Of a stretch of DNA of 18,615 nucleotides, positions 7,192 to 16,380 are shown one piece after another (the stretch's first letter is position 1; each line of letters begins with the position of its first letter). The notes beneath the pieces were generated by a model. That model ran no database searches, was not told the DNA's origin, and saw only the letters and a program-made list of their open reading frames with translations. The stretch covers positions 1 through 18,615 of the forward strand of contig JBBCAX010000042.1 in NCBI GenBank assembly GCA_051382335.1, read 5' to 3'. The position numbers were made by a program, and so were the translations under genes. This stretch comes from Deltaproteobacteria bacterium TL4. Its GTDB lineage: Bacteria > SAR324 > NAC60-12.

Positions 7192-7560
7192 AAACCAGAG
7201 TCCTCAATAAGCCGGGTTTTGTCTCGCATGGCGAGTCGCAATCATTTATCTAGGATAATTGTTACCAAAAATCTCAAGCATCCTACCCAACTGCAAGGCG
7301 AGCCACCTCTAACGCAGTTCTATTTGGACTTGCAGCAAGTGGGGTTTACATTGCCAAACCTGTCACCAGGTTTGCGGTAGGCTCTTACTCTGCCATTTCA
7401 CCCTTACCTGTATCTTCGTTGAAGACCATCGGCGGTATACTTTCTGTTGCACTTTCCGTCAGATCTCTCTGCCTGGCCGTTAGCCAGCACCTTGCTCTAT
7501 GCTGCCCGGACTTTCCTCTCGTGCTTTACGCACCAGCGATTACGTTTCAGGCTCTGGTTT
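7192..7560 (-). ncRNA. rnpB: RNase P RNA (bacterial type A)
   Basis: Minus strand contains GAGGAAAGTCCGGGC, GGAAAGTGCAACAGAAAG, GGTAAGGGTGAAATGG and ACAAAACCCGGCTTA. The P1 helix is closed by the perfect 9-bp inverted repeat aaaccagag (7192-7200) / ctctggttt (7552-7560). Confidence 0.97.
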
Positions 7561-7564
7561 GTTG

Positions 7565-7592
7565 ATATTAACACACTTAGCAAAAGTTACAA
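7565..7592 (-). promoter_or_regulatory. sigma70-type promoter of rnpB
   Basis: Minus strand TTGTAA-N16-TAATAT with a TG-extended -10. The predicted start coincides with the P1 5' end (~7558-7560). Confidence 0.6.
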
Positions 7593-7597
7593 GCAAC

Positions 7598-8167
7598 ATG
7601 ACATTGGATATCGCCTTAGAGTTTTCATTTTATGCTTTTTTGCTAATGCTGGTTCTAGCACTATTTCTCAGTGTTTGGCTAGTTCGATGGTTATTGGAGG
7701 GAAGAGATCCACTATCTTATTTTCCACACGCCAAACCTGTGACCTCTATGACTTTAAAAGACATGAAACAATTAATACAACAAATTAAAAAACACTTTTC
7801 AAAAGCCAGGCCTGAATATCAAAAAGGATCTGCCGATTTAAAACAAATGCAATGGAAGTATGAAGAAATTTCAATACGTTGGCAAAATGAACAGGCTCGG
7901 TATCATCAATTATGCAAAAAACGGGAGCAACTTTGGCATCGAATGGAACAAATCCATGCAGACTTCTCTCTCTTTCAACGTCTTAAAGGTCGGAGCAAAC
8001 ATCCAGAATACCAGCAGTGTTTACGACAGTATCTTGAAGTTGAAACCTTGATTGAAACAGAAATAAAACACTTAAAAACATTGGATGATCTCTACTATAC
8101 TGAGATTAAAAGCCAAACCACGTTTCAAGAATACTGGCATCTCTTACCCGTTGATTTCAGGCTTTGA
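7598..8167 (+). CDS. Hypothetical membrane-anchored coiled-coil protein
   Basis: N-terminal TM helix FSFYAFLLMLVLALFLSVWLV followed by helical Q/K/E-rich sequence. Start moved to ATG 7598 because the track start lies inside rnpB. Confidence 0.7.
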   Translation: MTLDIALEFSFYAFLLMLVLALFLSVWLVRWLLEGRDPLSYFPHAKPVTSMTLKDMKQLIQQIKKHFSKARPEYQKGSADLKQMQWKYEEISIRWQNEQARYHQLCKKREQLWHRMEQIHADFSLFQRLKGRSKHPEYQQCLRQYLEVETLIETEIKHLKTLDDLYYTEIKSQTTFQEYWHLLPVDFRL

Positions 8168-10444
8168 ATTATAGGAAACTTGTTCCAGGCCTCGTTGAAG
8201 GCCTGCTAAAATAGGTTCAATGGTTTCTTCACAGCCGACAGCGATCCGAATTAAATAACGCGAAAGGTGAAGTTCGGCTAAAAGACGGTCTTCTTCATGA
8301 TAATGAGCGAGCAAAGTATAAGGACAAAGTAGAGTTTGGTTGGAACCCAGACTAGGCGCTTTAAGGATAGGATCCAACGGAGCGTTGTAGAAACGTCTTA
8401 AGGCCTCCAAATGATTTTCCTTGAGCACAAAGCTCACGACACTCCCTGGCCCCCGTAAAATTTTCTGAGCCACCTCATAGCTGGAATGGGAAGGCAACGC
8501 ATTAAAGTAAACCTTTTGAACAGCAGGGTGGGCGTTGAGGAAGGTTGCGACTTTCAGGGCGTTTTGATTAAATTTTGGCATTCGTTCATCCAAGTCTTGT
8601 AGATGTTCCCAGAGCACTTCGGCTTCTAACGGAGAAAGCTGGTTATGCCATTGTTGTTGAAATTGTTGAATGAGTTCCGCTTGTTGTGCGTTGCGAACTA
8701 AAACGGCGCCTCCCGCGTGATCATTGGTCCCATTCAGATACTTGGTTGTACTATGCACCACATAATCGGCTCCTAAGGTGAGAGGGTTGCAATTATAAGG
8801 AGTTGCGAAGGTATTATCCACAATAAAGGGAATATGATACTGATGAGCGGTTTTGGCGATCGCTTCAAGATCGGGAACATCGTTTAAAGGGTTGGTTATG
8901 GTTTCAGTAATAATGGCTGCGGTTTGTTCCGTAATGACGTCAGGAAGTTGGTCAATTTCGTTGCTGTCCAAGAACACATTTTGGCTGGAACCGATCCGCA
9001 ATCGATCATAAGTTAATAACGCATAAGTATCGGTGTAGAGGTGTCCTATCGCGATTATTTGAGATTTTTTGGGGGAGCGCAGCAACGAAAATAACGTTGC
9101 GATCGTATTCATGCCTGAGGGAAAAAGGAAGGCTTGATGCGCTTTTTCCATCGTGCACAACTGTTGACTCACTTGTTTTAAGGCGATGTTTGTTTCTTGT
9201 GCTGGAGTGTCATTCATTAAAAATTCAATGTTTCTGCTGGACAACACCGTGCCTCGTCGTTTTCGCCTTTCGTTCAGTTCCGCCATTTGACGATCAGCAT
9301 TGCTCAAAATAACGCCTCCTTCAATGGTGTGAGAACCAAAACTAATATTGGAGACCCAGTAAGTACTGCCTTCTGCGAGTAGGGGTGCCGATGGCAGGTG
9401 GTTGGAGCAAACAACTACCGGGATACGTTGTTTCTTAATTTGCTGTAAGAAACTGAGCTGTCCTTCAATAAATGGCCTTGGGTCTTTCATGGCAACCACC
9501 AGAATATCGTCTTTTTTCTGAGACCAAGGTTCCAAAGCCTTCAGTTGGTCGGCAGTCGTTTGGAGCATCGTTGTCTGCAATCCGGGCAACGATTCTTTGA
9601 CGTAACGTTCTTCTTCCGTTCCGGCCGTGGTAATCACCTTGAGCGTCATTTCAGGTTTGCTGAGCAACAGGTAATCCAAAAGTTCCATGAGCGCCGCTTG
9701 AAAAGAAGTGTATCCCCAACAGTTTCTGACTTCATAGTAATGCTGCAAACCTTGTTGGAGGCGATAAAGCAGCGGATGATCCACAAAACGGTAATAGCCA
9801 GAACTGAGCTCACACCGTCCCTCCTGCCAATCAATGATGTCTTCGAGTCGTGGTAATTGTGCGGTCACCGCATGTTTTCCTCCAACCGTCTCAAAATGGC
9901 GGAATTCCGAAGAATTTTCGGGAAAAGAAATAGTCGGCGTAATATAATCGGCGAGTCTCTTTAAGGTGCTTTCTTTCTTGACTGGCAATTCGTGGAGGTC
10001 AAAAGAGTTCGATTCGGGATTAAAGTGCACGAGAACCGCACCCTCTGGTTTTCCCTGGGTGATTCCACAAACCAGATAACTGACCCCAGGAAACCGGGGC
10101 GCACCATTCCACAGCGCATCCGCTTGATCTTGTTCTGAAAAATAAGCGCCGACATCGGGATGCGTATGGTAAATAATTTTAAGGCTCTTCTCCTGTTTTT
10201 TTAAACTCCTCTCGAGTTTCATTTGTTCGAGAGGATTCAACAGATAGGCATTCCGATTGGTCCGCAGATATTGCTGCGGATTCATAGCATGGTATTCATC
10301 CATGACATTTCGCATGGGGTGAACTTGCTCCAAATGGGAGGGATCCGCTCGATTGCCACTGATGACACCACAAGCTTCTTCGGGATAGGTTTCTATTCCA
10401 TGTTGGAAACACTGGTCTAAAAGTTCTTGAGGGATTGAAAACAT
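8144..10444 (-). CDS. Fusion: N-terminal JAMM/MPN+ (Mec/M67-like) metallopeptidase + Str2-type PLP-dependent cystathionine gamma-synthase-like domain
   Basis: aa 1-~155 carry PEEACG, YHTHPD and FSEQD (intact E-HxH-S-D JAMM motif). aa ~185-766 carry HAVTAQLP, SGYYRFVDHP, LSSRNIEF, LFPSGM, ETITNP, VDNTFATP, HSTTKYLNG (PLP Lys at 8741-8743) and APSLGSNQTLLCPYTLLAHY. AAGGA SD. Confidence 0.9.
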   Translation of the reverse strand: MFSIPQELLDQCFQHGIETYPEEACGVISGNRADPSHLEQVHPMRNVMDEYHAMNPQQYLRTNRNAYLLNPLEQMKLERSLKKQEKSLKIIYHTHPDVGAYFSEQDQADALWNGAPRFPGVSYLVCGITQGKPEGAVLVHFNPESNSFDLHELPVKKESTLKRLADYITPTISFPENSSEFRHFETVGGKHAVTAQLPRLEDIIDWQEGRCELSSGYYRFVDHPLLYRLQQGLQHYYEVRNCWGYTSFQAALMELLDYLLLSKPEMTLKVITTAGTEEERYVKESLPGLQTTMLQTTADQLKALEPWSQKKDDILVVAMKDPRPFIEGQLSFLQQIKKQRIPVVVCSNHLPSAPLLAEGSTYWVSNISFGSHTIEGGVILSNADRQMAELNERRKRRGTVLSSRNIEFLMNDTPAQETNIALKQVSQQLCTMEKAHQAFLFPSGMNTIATLFSLLRSPKKSQIIAIGHLYTDTYALLTYDRLRIGSSQNVFLDSNEIDQLPDVITEQTAAIITETITNPLNDVPDLEAIAKTAHQYHIPFIVDNTFATPYNCNPLTLGADYVVHSTTKYLNGTNDHAGGAVLVRNAQQAELIQQFQQQWHNQLSPLEAEVLWEHLQDLDERMPKFNQNALKVATFLNAHPAVQKVYFNALPSHSSYEVAQKILRGPGSVVSFVLKENHLEALRRFYNAPLDPILKAPSLGSNQTLLCPYTLLAHYHEEDRLLAELHLSRYLIRIAVGCEETIEPILAGLQRGLEQVSYNSKPEING

Positions 10445-10487
10445 AAAAGTTCCTTATTTTAGTTGGCACCACAGAGAAAAACAGGGC

Positions 10488-10685
10488 TTACGGCTTCCGG
10501 GGGGAAAGGACCTGTTGTTGGAGTTGATTCCTTAATTTTCGTTTGCTCATAAAATACCGTATCCCCAAGCGAAGCTGTCCATAAGTTACGCTTGCGGTCA
10601 AGAGGGTCAACAAACCCAAACTCAACATAGAAAGGTAAGGGTGCGTGGTGAACAGCGTTTGAATGAGTTGAAGTAAACGTTCCAT
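10488..10685 (-). CDS. Small single-TM hypothetical protein (65 aa)
   Basis: Hydrophobic YLSMLSLGLLTLLTASVTY followed by a basic tail. Starts 3 nt after the LD-carboxypeptidase stop and fills the gap in the operon. Confidence 0.6.
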   Translation of the reverse strand: MERLLQLIQTLFTTHPYLSMLSLGLLTLLTASVTYGQLRLGIRYFMSKRKLRNQLQQQVLSPRKP

Positions 10686-10688
10686 AAA

Positions 10689-11591
10689 TCACTCAGCGAT
10701 AAAATCCAATGTTCCATCATTTGTATTCAAGCGTACTGTTTTTCCCAAAGCCAAAGTAAGCCCCAGATCCCCATGTCCCGAGGGCAACCCAATGCCTATG
10801 GGGTAGGGGACTCCCTGAAATATATCCTGAATCACTTCCCATAACAGATCACTCGGAACACATCCCTCCATTTTTCCAAAAACCAGACCTTTGAGAGACC
10901 CGAGTTTGCCTGCATTTTTCAAATGAATCAACATCCGATCAAGACGATAGGGAGATTCGTTCACATCTTCCAGAAATAAAATACGATCATTGGTTTCTAT
11001 TTCAAAGGGGGTTCCAATGGAGGTTACAATGAGCGACAAACATCCACCGGTGAGCACCCCTGTGGCTTCTCCCCGGGTTAAGGCTTCAAGGGGCAGCGAA
11101 GGGTTATAAGTCGGATCAAAGAGCCATTGTTTCAGTGAATCCCGGGTTTGTTCTTTGAGCGGGGAGTTGAGAAATTGATCGGTCGCCAGACAGGGGCCAT
11201 GATACACAATTTGATCACAAACGCTCTGCATGAATACTAATAAGCTTGTAAAATCACTGGATCCAACCATTATCTTATGATGATCGGCAAGGAGGTTAGG
11301 GTCTAAATGGGGGATCATCCTTGAGGCTCCATATCCGCCGCGTGTCACAAAAATGGCTTTGATCTGCTCATTCAGATATAAGTTTTGAAACTGCTGTGCT
11401 CGATGTTGATCGGTTCCCGCTAAATAAAAATGTTTCTGATCATAACCTGGCTGTAAAATGACATTCAGGCCCCAGGATTCTAAAACTTTAGTTGCAGCTT
11501 CTACATAGCCTTCCGCTGCTTTGGGCTGATGGCTGGAAGGTGCGGTCAGAGCCACAGAATCTCCGGGTTTTAAAGCGGGGAGGATGTGCAT
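10689..11591 (-). CDS. ldcA: LD-carboxypeptidase (peptidase S66 family)
   Basis: TAPSS, YLAGTDQHRA, TRGGYG, GSSD (nucleophile Ser), GGCLS, LFLEDVNE (Glu) and PSGHG (His) give a complete Ser-Glu-His triad. Confidence 0.92.
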   Translation of the reverse strand: MHILPALKPGDSVALTAPSSHQPKAAEGYVEAATKVLESWGLNVILQPGYDQKHFYLAGTDQHRAQQFQNLYLNEQIKAIFVTRGGYGASRMIPHLDPNLLADHHKIMVGSSDFTSLLVFMQSVCDQIVYHGPCLATDQFLNSPLKEQTRDSLKQWLFDPTYNPSLPLEALTRGEATGVLTGGCLSLIVTSIGTPFEIETNDRILFLEDVNESPYRLDRMLIHLKNAGKLGSLKGLVFGKMEGCVPSDLLWEVIQDIFQGVPYPIGIGLPSGHGDLGLTLALGKTVRLNTNDGTLDFIAE

Positions 11592-11769
11592 TGCGGAGCC
11601 CTTTTATCGGGTTTTGAATTTTTGGTTCGAATTTGTTTGAAAAAATGCCAACTCTTGCTTACAATCGACACCTCATTTTTATTTTGCGCTTTATCTATTT
11701 GAGATGCAAGTCGACTTGTGATTAAACTCAAATACTTTTTCATCTACTTAATGATAGGATCATTCAGAA

Positions 11770-13125
11770 ATGGCAGGAGCAAATAAACCTCAACCATCAA
11801 AAGAGGCTTCCAATAAGCCCAAAGAGGCTTCCAATAAGCCCAAAGAGGCTTCCAATAAGCCCAAAGAGGCTTCCAGTAGACCCGCTTCCAGCAAACCTGC
11901 GTTAGGGCAGAAAAAGCTAAAGTGTTACGAATTTCAATTTGAGGCACGATCAAAACCGAATACAGAACAGGTACTGGACGCGGAAAAGAAAAAGCTGGGT
12001 GCGTTGTTCGGAAAAAAGCCCAAAGCCTCCATTGCTCAAATTATAGACGTCATTGAAGGTAGTGTTGAGACAAAAATAGTGGAGGAAATGATTCATGAAT
12101 GTACCCACTTCTACAAAAATCTTGATGCTGAGGGGCACCAATATCTGGAAATTTTTGGCAGGCTCTTGTTAGAAGGCGCGTCCAAGGAGCAGGGGAACTT
12201 CCCCCGACAACGATTTCTCATTTATCAAGCTTTGGATACCTTATCCGCTGCGGTCCAAGCTGCGCCAAAACGCATTTATCCACCTGCAGAAAGCCTGATT
12301 GTTTCGATTTTTAAAATCACCTCCGATGTGAGTTCCTCAACGTTTTTTGTTGAAAAAGAAATCCATAAAGAAATGGATATCATGCTCAATAAAAAGAAAG
12401 ATATCAACGATCTTCCCTCTCATGACAAAATTATAAAACTCTGTTTTCAAGGAAAACGCTATTACGAAGCATACTATCATCTGGTCGAATATGAAAAAAT
12501 CATGCAGATCAGCAGCCGTTCTATGCATTTACAGAAAGCGGGAGAGATTGCCTTTCGTAAAGGCTCGGTTTTTCAACACATGATTGATTTTTATGTCAAT
12601 GTCGCCGCGGGCAAAGAGGAAAAAGACAAAATCATTGATCACGGCAAACTTCGTTCCTTTATCTCGCGGTTTAATGCCGATCATCCCAGAGCAAAAATCC
12701 AACCTCTTACAGGCACAGGTCCTTTACAAATCAATAAGACGATTGCCAGTCTCATTGCGGTTTCCAATAATTATTATAATCAAGCGGGAGCAGATGAGCG
12801 TTTTTCACAGTGTCATAAAGCCTATTATTGTAAAGCTTTCAATCTCATGTATGGCGATCAAGGAAAAGCCGCGATCGAAAATCTGATTTCAGGCCTTGCC
12901 GCTTTGAAAAAAGCGAACCTGAAATCAATTGTTAAAGGAAATGAAACGATTAAAATGCTGGAATATCTGATCACCGTTTCTAAAGATCATGGCTCCCCAA
13001 GAAAAGTCGAAGATTATCAAAAAGAATTAGCAGAACTGCGAAATATTGTGAGAGGTATGGAAAGTAAGAAACGAGAGTCAGAGGGGTCACGGAAACAAAA
13101 ACTTCCCCCTGAAGAAGAGTTTTAA
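11770..13125 (+). CDS. Hypothetical helical (possibly TPR-like) protein with repeat-containing N-terminal tail
   Basis: 451-aa ORF with alpha-helical, K/E-rich composition; no family recognised. Convergent 4-bp overlap with the ybbP-like gene. Confidence 0.75.
   Translation: MAGANKPQPSKEASNKPKEASNKPKEASNKPKEASSRPASSKPALGQKKLKCYEFQFEARSKPNTEQVLDAEKKKLGALFGKKPKASIAQIIDVIEGSVETKIVEEMIHECTHFYKNLDAEGHQYLEIFGRLLLEGASKEQGNFPRQRFLIYQALDTLSAAVQAAPKRIYPPAESLIVSIFKITSDVSSSTFFVEKEIHKEMDIMLNKKKDINDLPSHDKIIKLCFQGKRYYEAYYHLVEYEKIMQISSRSMHLQKAGEIAFRKGSVFQHMIDFYVNVAAGKEEKDKIIDHGKLRSFISRFNADHPRAKIQPLTGTGPLQINKTIASLIAVSNNYYNQAGADERFSQCHKAYYCKAFNLMYGDQGKAAIENLISGLAALKKANLKSIVKGNETIKMLEYLITVSKDHGSPRKVEDYQKELAELRNIVRGMESKKRESEGSRKQKLPPEEEF
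11800..11883 (+). repeat. 21-bp coding tandem repeat (KEASNKP)
   Basis: aaagaggcttccaataagccc occurs as three perfect copies (11800-11862) plus one copy with 3 mismatches (11863-11883). Confidence 0.95.
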
Positions 13126-15698
13126 GTGGCTTGTAGCAAAGCCAAAGGACGTTGACGCAAAGTACTATGGGTTGCCAACAGGGCGACTCCCATACATAGC
13201 AAGGTGAGGCCTCCAATGCTGAGCAGATTCGTCCAGGGGGTGAAGTCCCACAACCTTTCAAAAATAAGCAGTGAAATCGTCCATGCCGCAATGATACTCA
13301 ACCCCACACCAAACAAGGCCGCGAAAAAACCCAAAATTCCAAATTCAAGTTTAATGACGGAACGTATATCTTTAAAATTGGCTCCTAAGACTTTCATCAA
13401 ATTGATTTCCCATATTCGTCTTTGGACTTCATGCCTCGCAATTGAAAAGACCACAACCAACCCTGCCATAATGGAGAACCATGCCATAAATTGAATAACC
13501 AGGGTCATTTGATCGCTAATATCCAAAATCTTGTCCACAATTCGGGTTACATCAATCATGGAAATATTGGGAAATTGTTGTACCAACTGATTTTGCAAGG
13601 TTAATCTTTTTTCAGGCTCAACGGAGGGGATTGACGCCAAAAAAGTTTTTGGAGCATCCTCTAAAACGCCTGGTTGAAATAAAACAAAAAAATTAGGCTG
13701 AAAACTGTTCCACTTCACGCGCCTTAAGTTGATCACTTGTGCTTCTACAGGGACTCCTTGAACATCAAAGGTTAAGGTATCGCCGATGTTAATACCCAAG
13801 CGTTCCGCAAAACGATCTTCCAGGGACACTTCTGCGGACGGGGTTAATTCAGAATTGTATTCTGTGGCTAAGGGCCGTCCTTCAACCAGTTTTTCTGTAT
13901 CTGACAAGGTAGTTCTATAGGATAAATTAAATCCCCGGTTCCGGGAATGCCGTTCCTGTTGCTGTTCTCTGGTGAATGCCCGATGATGGCTTTTTTCTTG
14001 AAAAGGCTCGCCATTGTGCTGTTCTAACCGGGCACGAATCATTGGCGATAGGGAGTTTATCAGATAACCTTGCTGCTGAACAAAGGTTGTTAAACGTTCC
14101 ACTTGTTCCGGCTGAATATCAAAGAGGAAAAAACTGGGTAATTGTAAACCCTCCGGGCTGCTGATTTCGCGTTGCAATCCTTGTTGAAGCTGGGGAATTA
14201 AATTCATCAGCAAGGTCCCCAATGAAATGGCGAGAAAGCAAGAAACCGTACTCATTTTGTTACGGCTTAAATTACGCAATGCGATTTTTCTCATCGCGGT
14301 GGTCCATTGCGAAAACCAGCCGCAAACACTAAATATCCCAACGCCGAGGGAACCCAGCAGCAGTAAAGAAATCACTAAAATGCCTGTAAATGAACTGCCG
14401 ATAATCCAGGAATGCGCTTGCCAAACAGCAAGTCCCCAGTAAAGAAGCATCAGCGGTAAATAATGCAAAAGCGTTTTCCAATGCCACGTTGTGTCTTGTC
14501 GGGCAATCTGAGTTTCATGAAGCAACATCAGTGGTTGTATGGATTTTAGACGGGCCAGGACAGGCCAGCAAAAGATGACGCTTCCCCCTGTTCCCACGGC
14601 CAATGCTAAAAATAAACCGCGTTCATTCACCTGATTTTCAAACCCCACGGGTAAAAAATCTTTCAACAAGAGCGGTAAAAGGGGTAAAAGACCAAGCCCC
14701 AAAAGCACGGCGATGCTTGCGGAAATAAGACCAAGCATCGTGATTTGTAATAACACCACGAAATAGGTTTCTTTTCGGGACGCTCCCAAACTCATTAAGA
14801 TCGCCATCTCCCGAAAACGCTCGCTGATAAAACTTCGAAACAAATAAGCCGCGCCAATACTTGCCAAAAAAAGCGCAACCAAGGCGATTAAGCCCAAATA
14901 GTCATTCAAATAGTTTAACCCTCGGCCCAGGCTTTCACCGGCGTCCTGATGAGTTTGAACACGAATCCACGGCGTACTGCCCTGGCTTTGATCTAATTTG
15001 AGATTGAGTTGCTCCGCAAGCTCGAGAACATTGATGTTTTCCTTGAATTTGTAAAAATGGTGATAAGAGATTCGGCTTCCTTGTTTTAACAATTCGGTGG
15101 CCCCCATCTGATCCATGCCAATATAAACTTTTGGCGCAAGTCCGAAGGCAGAAAACGCATTACTGGGGTCTTTCAAAATAACATCCTGAAGCTCAAACGT
15201 TTGTTCACCAATTTTTAAGAACGCTCCAACTTTTAAGTTCAATGCGGTTAATAATTCAGGATATAGCCACACCGAGGCTTTGTTTTGCAATTGCTTCTGG
15301 ACTAAAGAGGGCGAAACCACACCTTGATCCTGCAGTTCCATTTCTCCATATAAAGGGTAGGTAGCATTGACGGCAACCACTTGAACCAAGCGAGACTGGC
15401 TTTCGGCGTTTGCGACCATTGAATAAAAATTGACTTGTTGGGATTCCTCAAAGGAAGAGGGAAAGGAAGAGGTGAGTTCTTGAAGTTCGGAATCTTTGAA
15501 AGGGAGTTGTGAACTAAGACTCATATCTGCGGTGAGGATGGCTTTGGAATTCATGCTCAGGTGATGTTCCAATGAGGTTTTAAACGAATCCAGCGCCACA
15601 AACCCCATGAGGCCCAAACTCAGGTTTGCAATAAAAAACAAACTGAATTTTGCGTTATTACGAACTTCTTTGAGTGCCAGTTTGATCCATATTTTCAA
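13122..15698 (-). CDS. ybbP: YbbP-like ABC transporter permease (duplicated MacB/FtsX-type)
   Basis: 858 aa with two FtsX-like halves. Motifs YPLYGEM, EMAILMSLGA, PSFFLFDIQPEQ, WNSFQPNFFVLF and MKVLGA. Confidence 0.88.
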   Translation of the reverse strand: MKIWIKLALKEVRNNAKFSLFFIANLSLGLMGFVALDSFKTSLEHHLSMNSKAILTADMSLSSQLPFKDSELQELTSSFPSSFEESQQVNFYSMVANAESQSRLVQVVAVNATYPLYGEMELQDQGVVSPSLVQKQLQNKASVWLYPELLTALNLKVGAFLKIGEQTFELQDVILKDPSNAFSAFGLAPKVYIGMDQMGATELLKQGSRISYHHFYKFKENINVLELAEQLNLKLDQSQGSTPWIRVQTHQDAGESLGRGLNYLNDYLGLIALVALFLASIGAAYLFRSFISERFREMAILMSLGASRKETYFVVLLQITMLGLISASIAVLLGLGLLPLLPLLLKDFLPVGFENQVNERGLFLALAVGTGGSVIFCWPVLARLKSIQPLMLLHETQIARQDTTWHWKTLLHYLPLMLLYWGLAVWQAHSWIIGSSFTGILVISLLLLGSLGVGIFSVCGWFSQWTTAMRKIALRNLSRNKMSTVSCFLAISLGTLLMNLIPQLQQGLQREISSPEGLQLPSFFLFDIQPEQVERLTTFVQQQGYLINSLSPMIRARLEQHNGEPFQEKSHHRAFTREQQQERHSRNRGFNLSYRTTLSDTEKLVEGRPLATEYNSELTPSAEVSLEDRFAERLGINIGDTLTFDVQGVPVEAQVINLRRVKWNSFQPNFFVLFQPGVLEDAPKTFLASIPSVEPEKRLTLQNQLVQQFPNISMIDVTRIVDKILDISDQMTLVIQFMAWFSIMAGLVVVFSIARHEVQRRIWEINLMKVLGANFKDIRSVIKLEFGILGFFAALFGVGLSIIAAWTISLLIFERLWDFTPWTNLLSIGGLTLLCMGVALLATHSTLRQRPLALLQAT

Positions 15699-16366
15699 TG
15701 AAGTCCTCCCCCTTTTAAAACCAACTGCCGACTGCAGCGTTTTGCCAAGGCTTCATTATGGGTCACCAGAATCATCGTCATTCCTCTCAGTTCAACGAGT
15801 TCCAGGAGTAAGCTCAAAACATACTCTCCGGTCTCATGATCCAGATTTCCTGTGGGTTCATCGGCAAGCAATATGGCTGGATGAATCACCAACGCCCGTG
15901 CAATAGCAACACGTTGGCATTCGCCACCTGAAAGTTGATGAGGAAAGTGCTCTGTTCGATGAATCAGGCCAACCTGCCCCAAGGTTTCGGTTGCCCGGTA
16001 ATTGATTCGGATCTGACGAGCCATTTCCAAAGGTAAACTCACATTTTCCAACGCTGTTAAATGAGACATCAAATAGAATTGCTGAAAAATAATGCCTATA
16101 TTTTTGGCTCTGAATCGGGTTAGGGTTTCTTCATTCATCTGTGCCAAATCTTGCCCTTGGATCTCAATATGTCCCGAGTCGGGCCGATCAAGGGCTGCTA
16201 AAAGGGACAACAGGGTGGATTTACCGCTTCCGGATTGTCCCAATATTGCGACAGTTTCCCCTTGTTCTACTTGTAACTCCAAATTGTTGAGCACCTCAAT
16301 GGGCTTCTTGCTGCTGGCATGAACAAAGGATTTGCTTAAATGACGTATATTTAAGATCGTGGACAT
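15695..16366 (-). CDS. ybbA: ABC transporter ATP-binding protein (YbbA/LolD-like)
   Basis: Walker A GQSGSGKST, signature LSGGECQ, Walker B ILLADEPTG, H-loop VTH. ATGA overlap with the permease. Confidence 0.9.
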   Translation of the reverse strand: MSTILNIRHLSKSFVHASSKKPIEVLNNLELQVEQGETVAILGQSGSGKSTLLSLLAALDRPDSGHIEIQGQDLAQMNEETLTRFRAKNIGIIFQQFYLMSHLTALENVSLPLEMARQIRINYRATETLGQVGLIHRTEHFPHQLSGGECQRVAIARALVIHPAILLADEPTGNLDHETGEYVLSLLLELVELRGMTMILVTHNEALAKRCSRQLVLKGGGLH

Positions 16367-16380
16367 GGATTTATCAGTAA

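Noticed and set aside
7165..7788. Track ORFs 7165-7380, 7447-7788 and the 7499-7597 extension
   Set aside because: They are antisense to or overlap rnpB, which explains the sequence.
10459..10692. Alternative 77-aa ORF, or either small ORF as a ubiquitin-like sulfur carrier
   Set aside because: It overlaps the more plausible TM-containing 65-aa frame, though it cannot be fully excluded. Neither ORF has a beta-grasp pattern or a C-terminal GG.
11744..11953. Minus-strand ORF with WKPLWAY repeats, or a CRISPR-like array
   Set aside because: It is the antisense reading of the 21-bp VNTR; the units are head-to-tail with no spacers.
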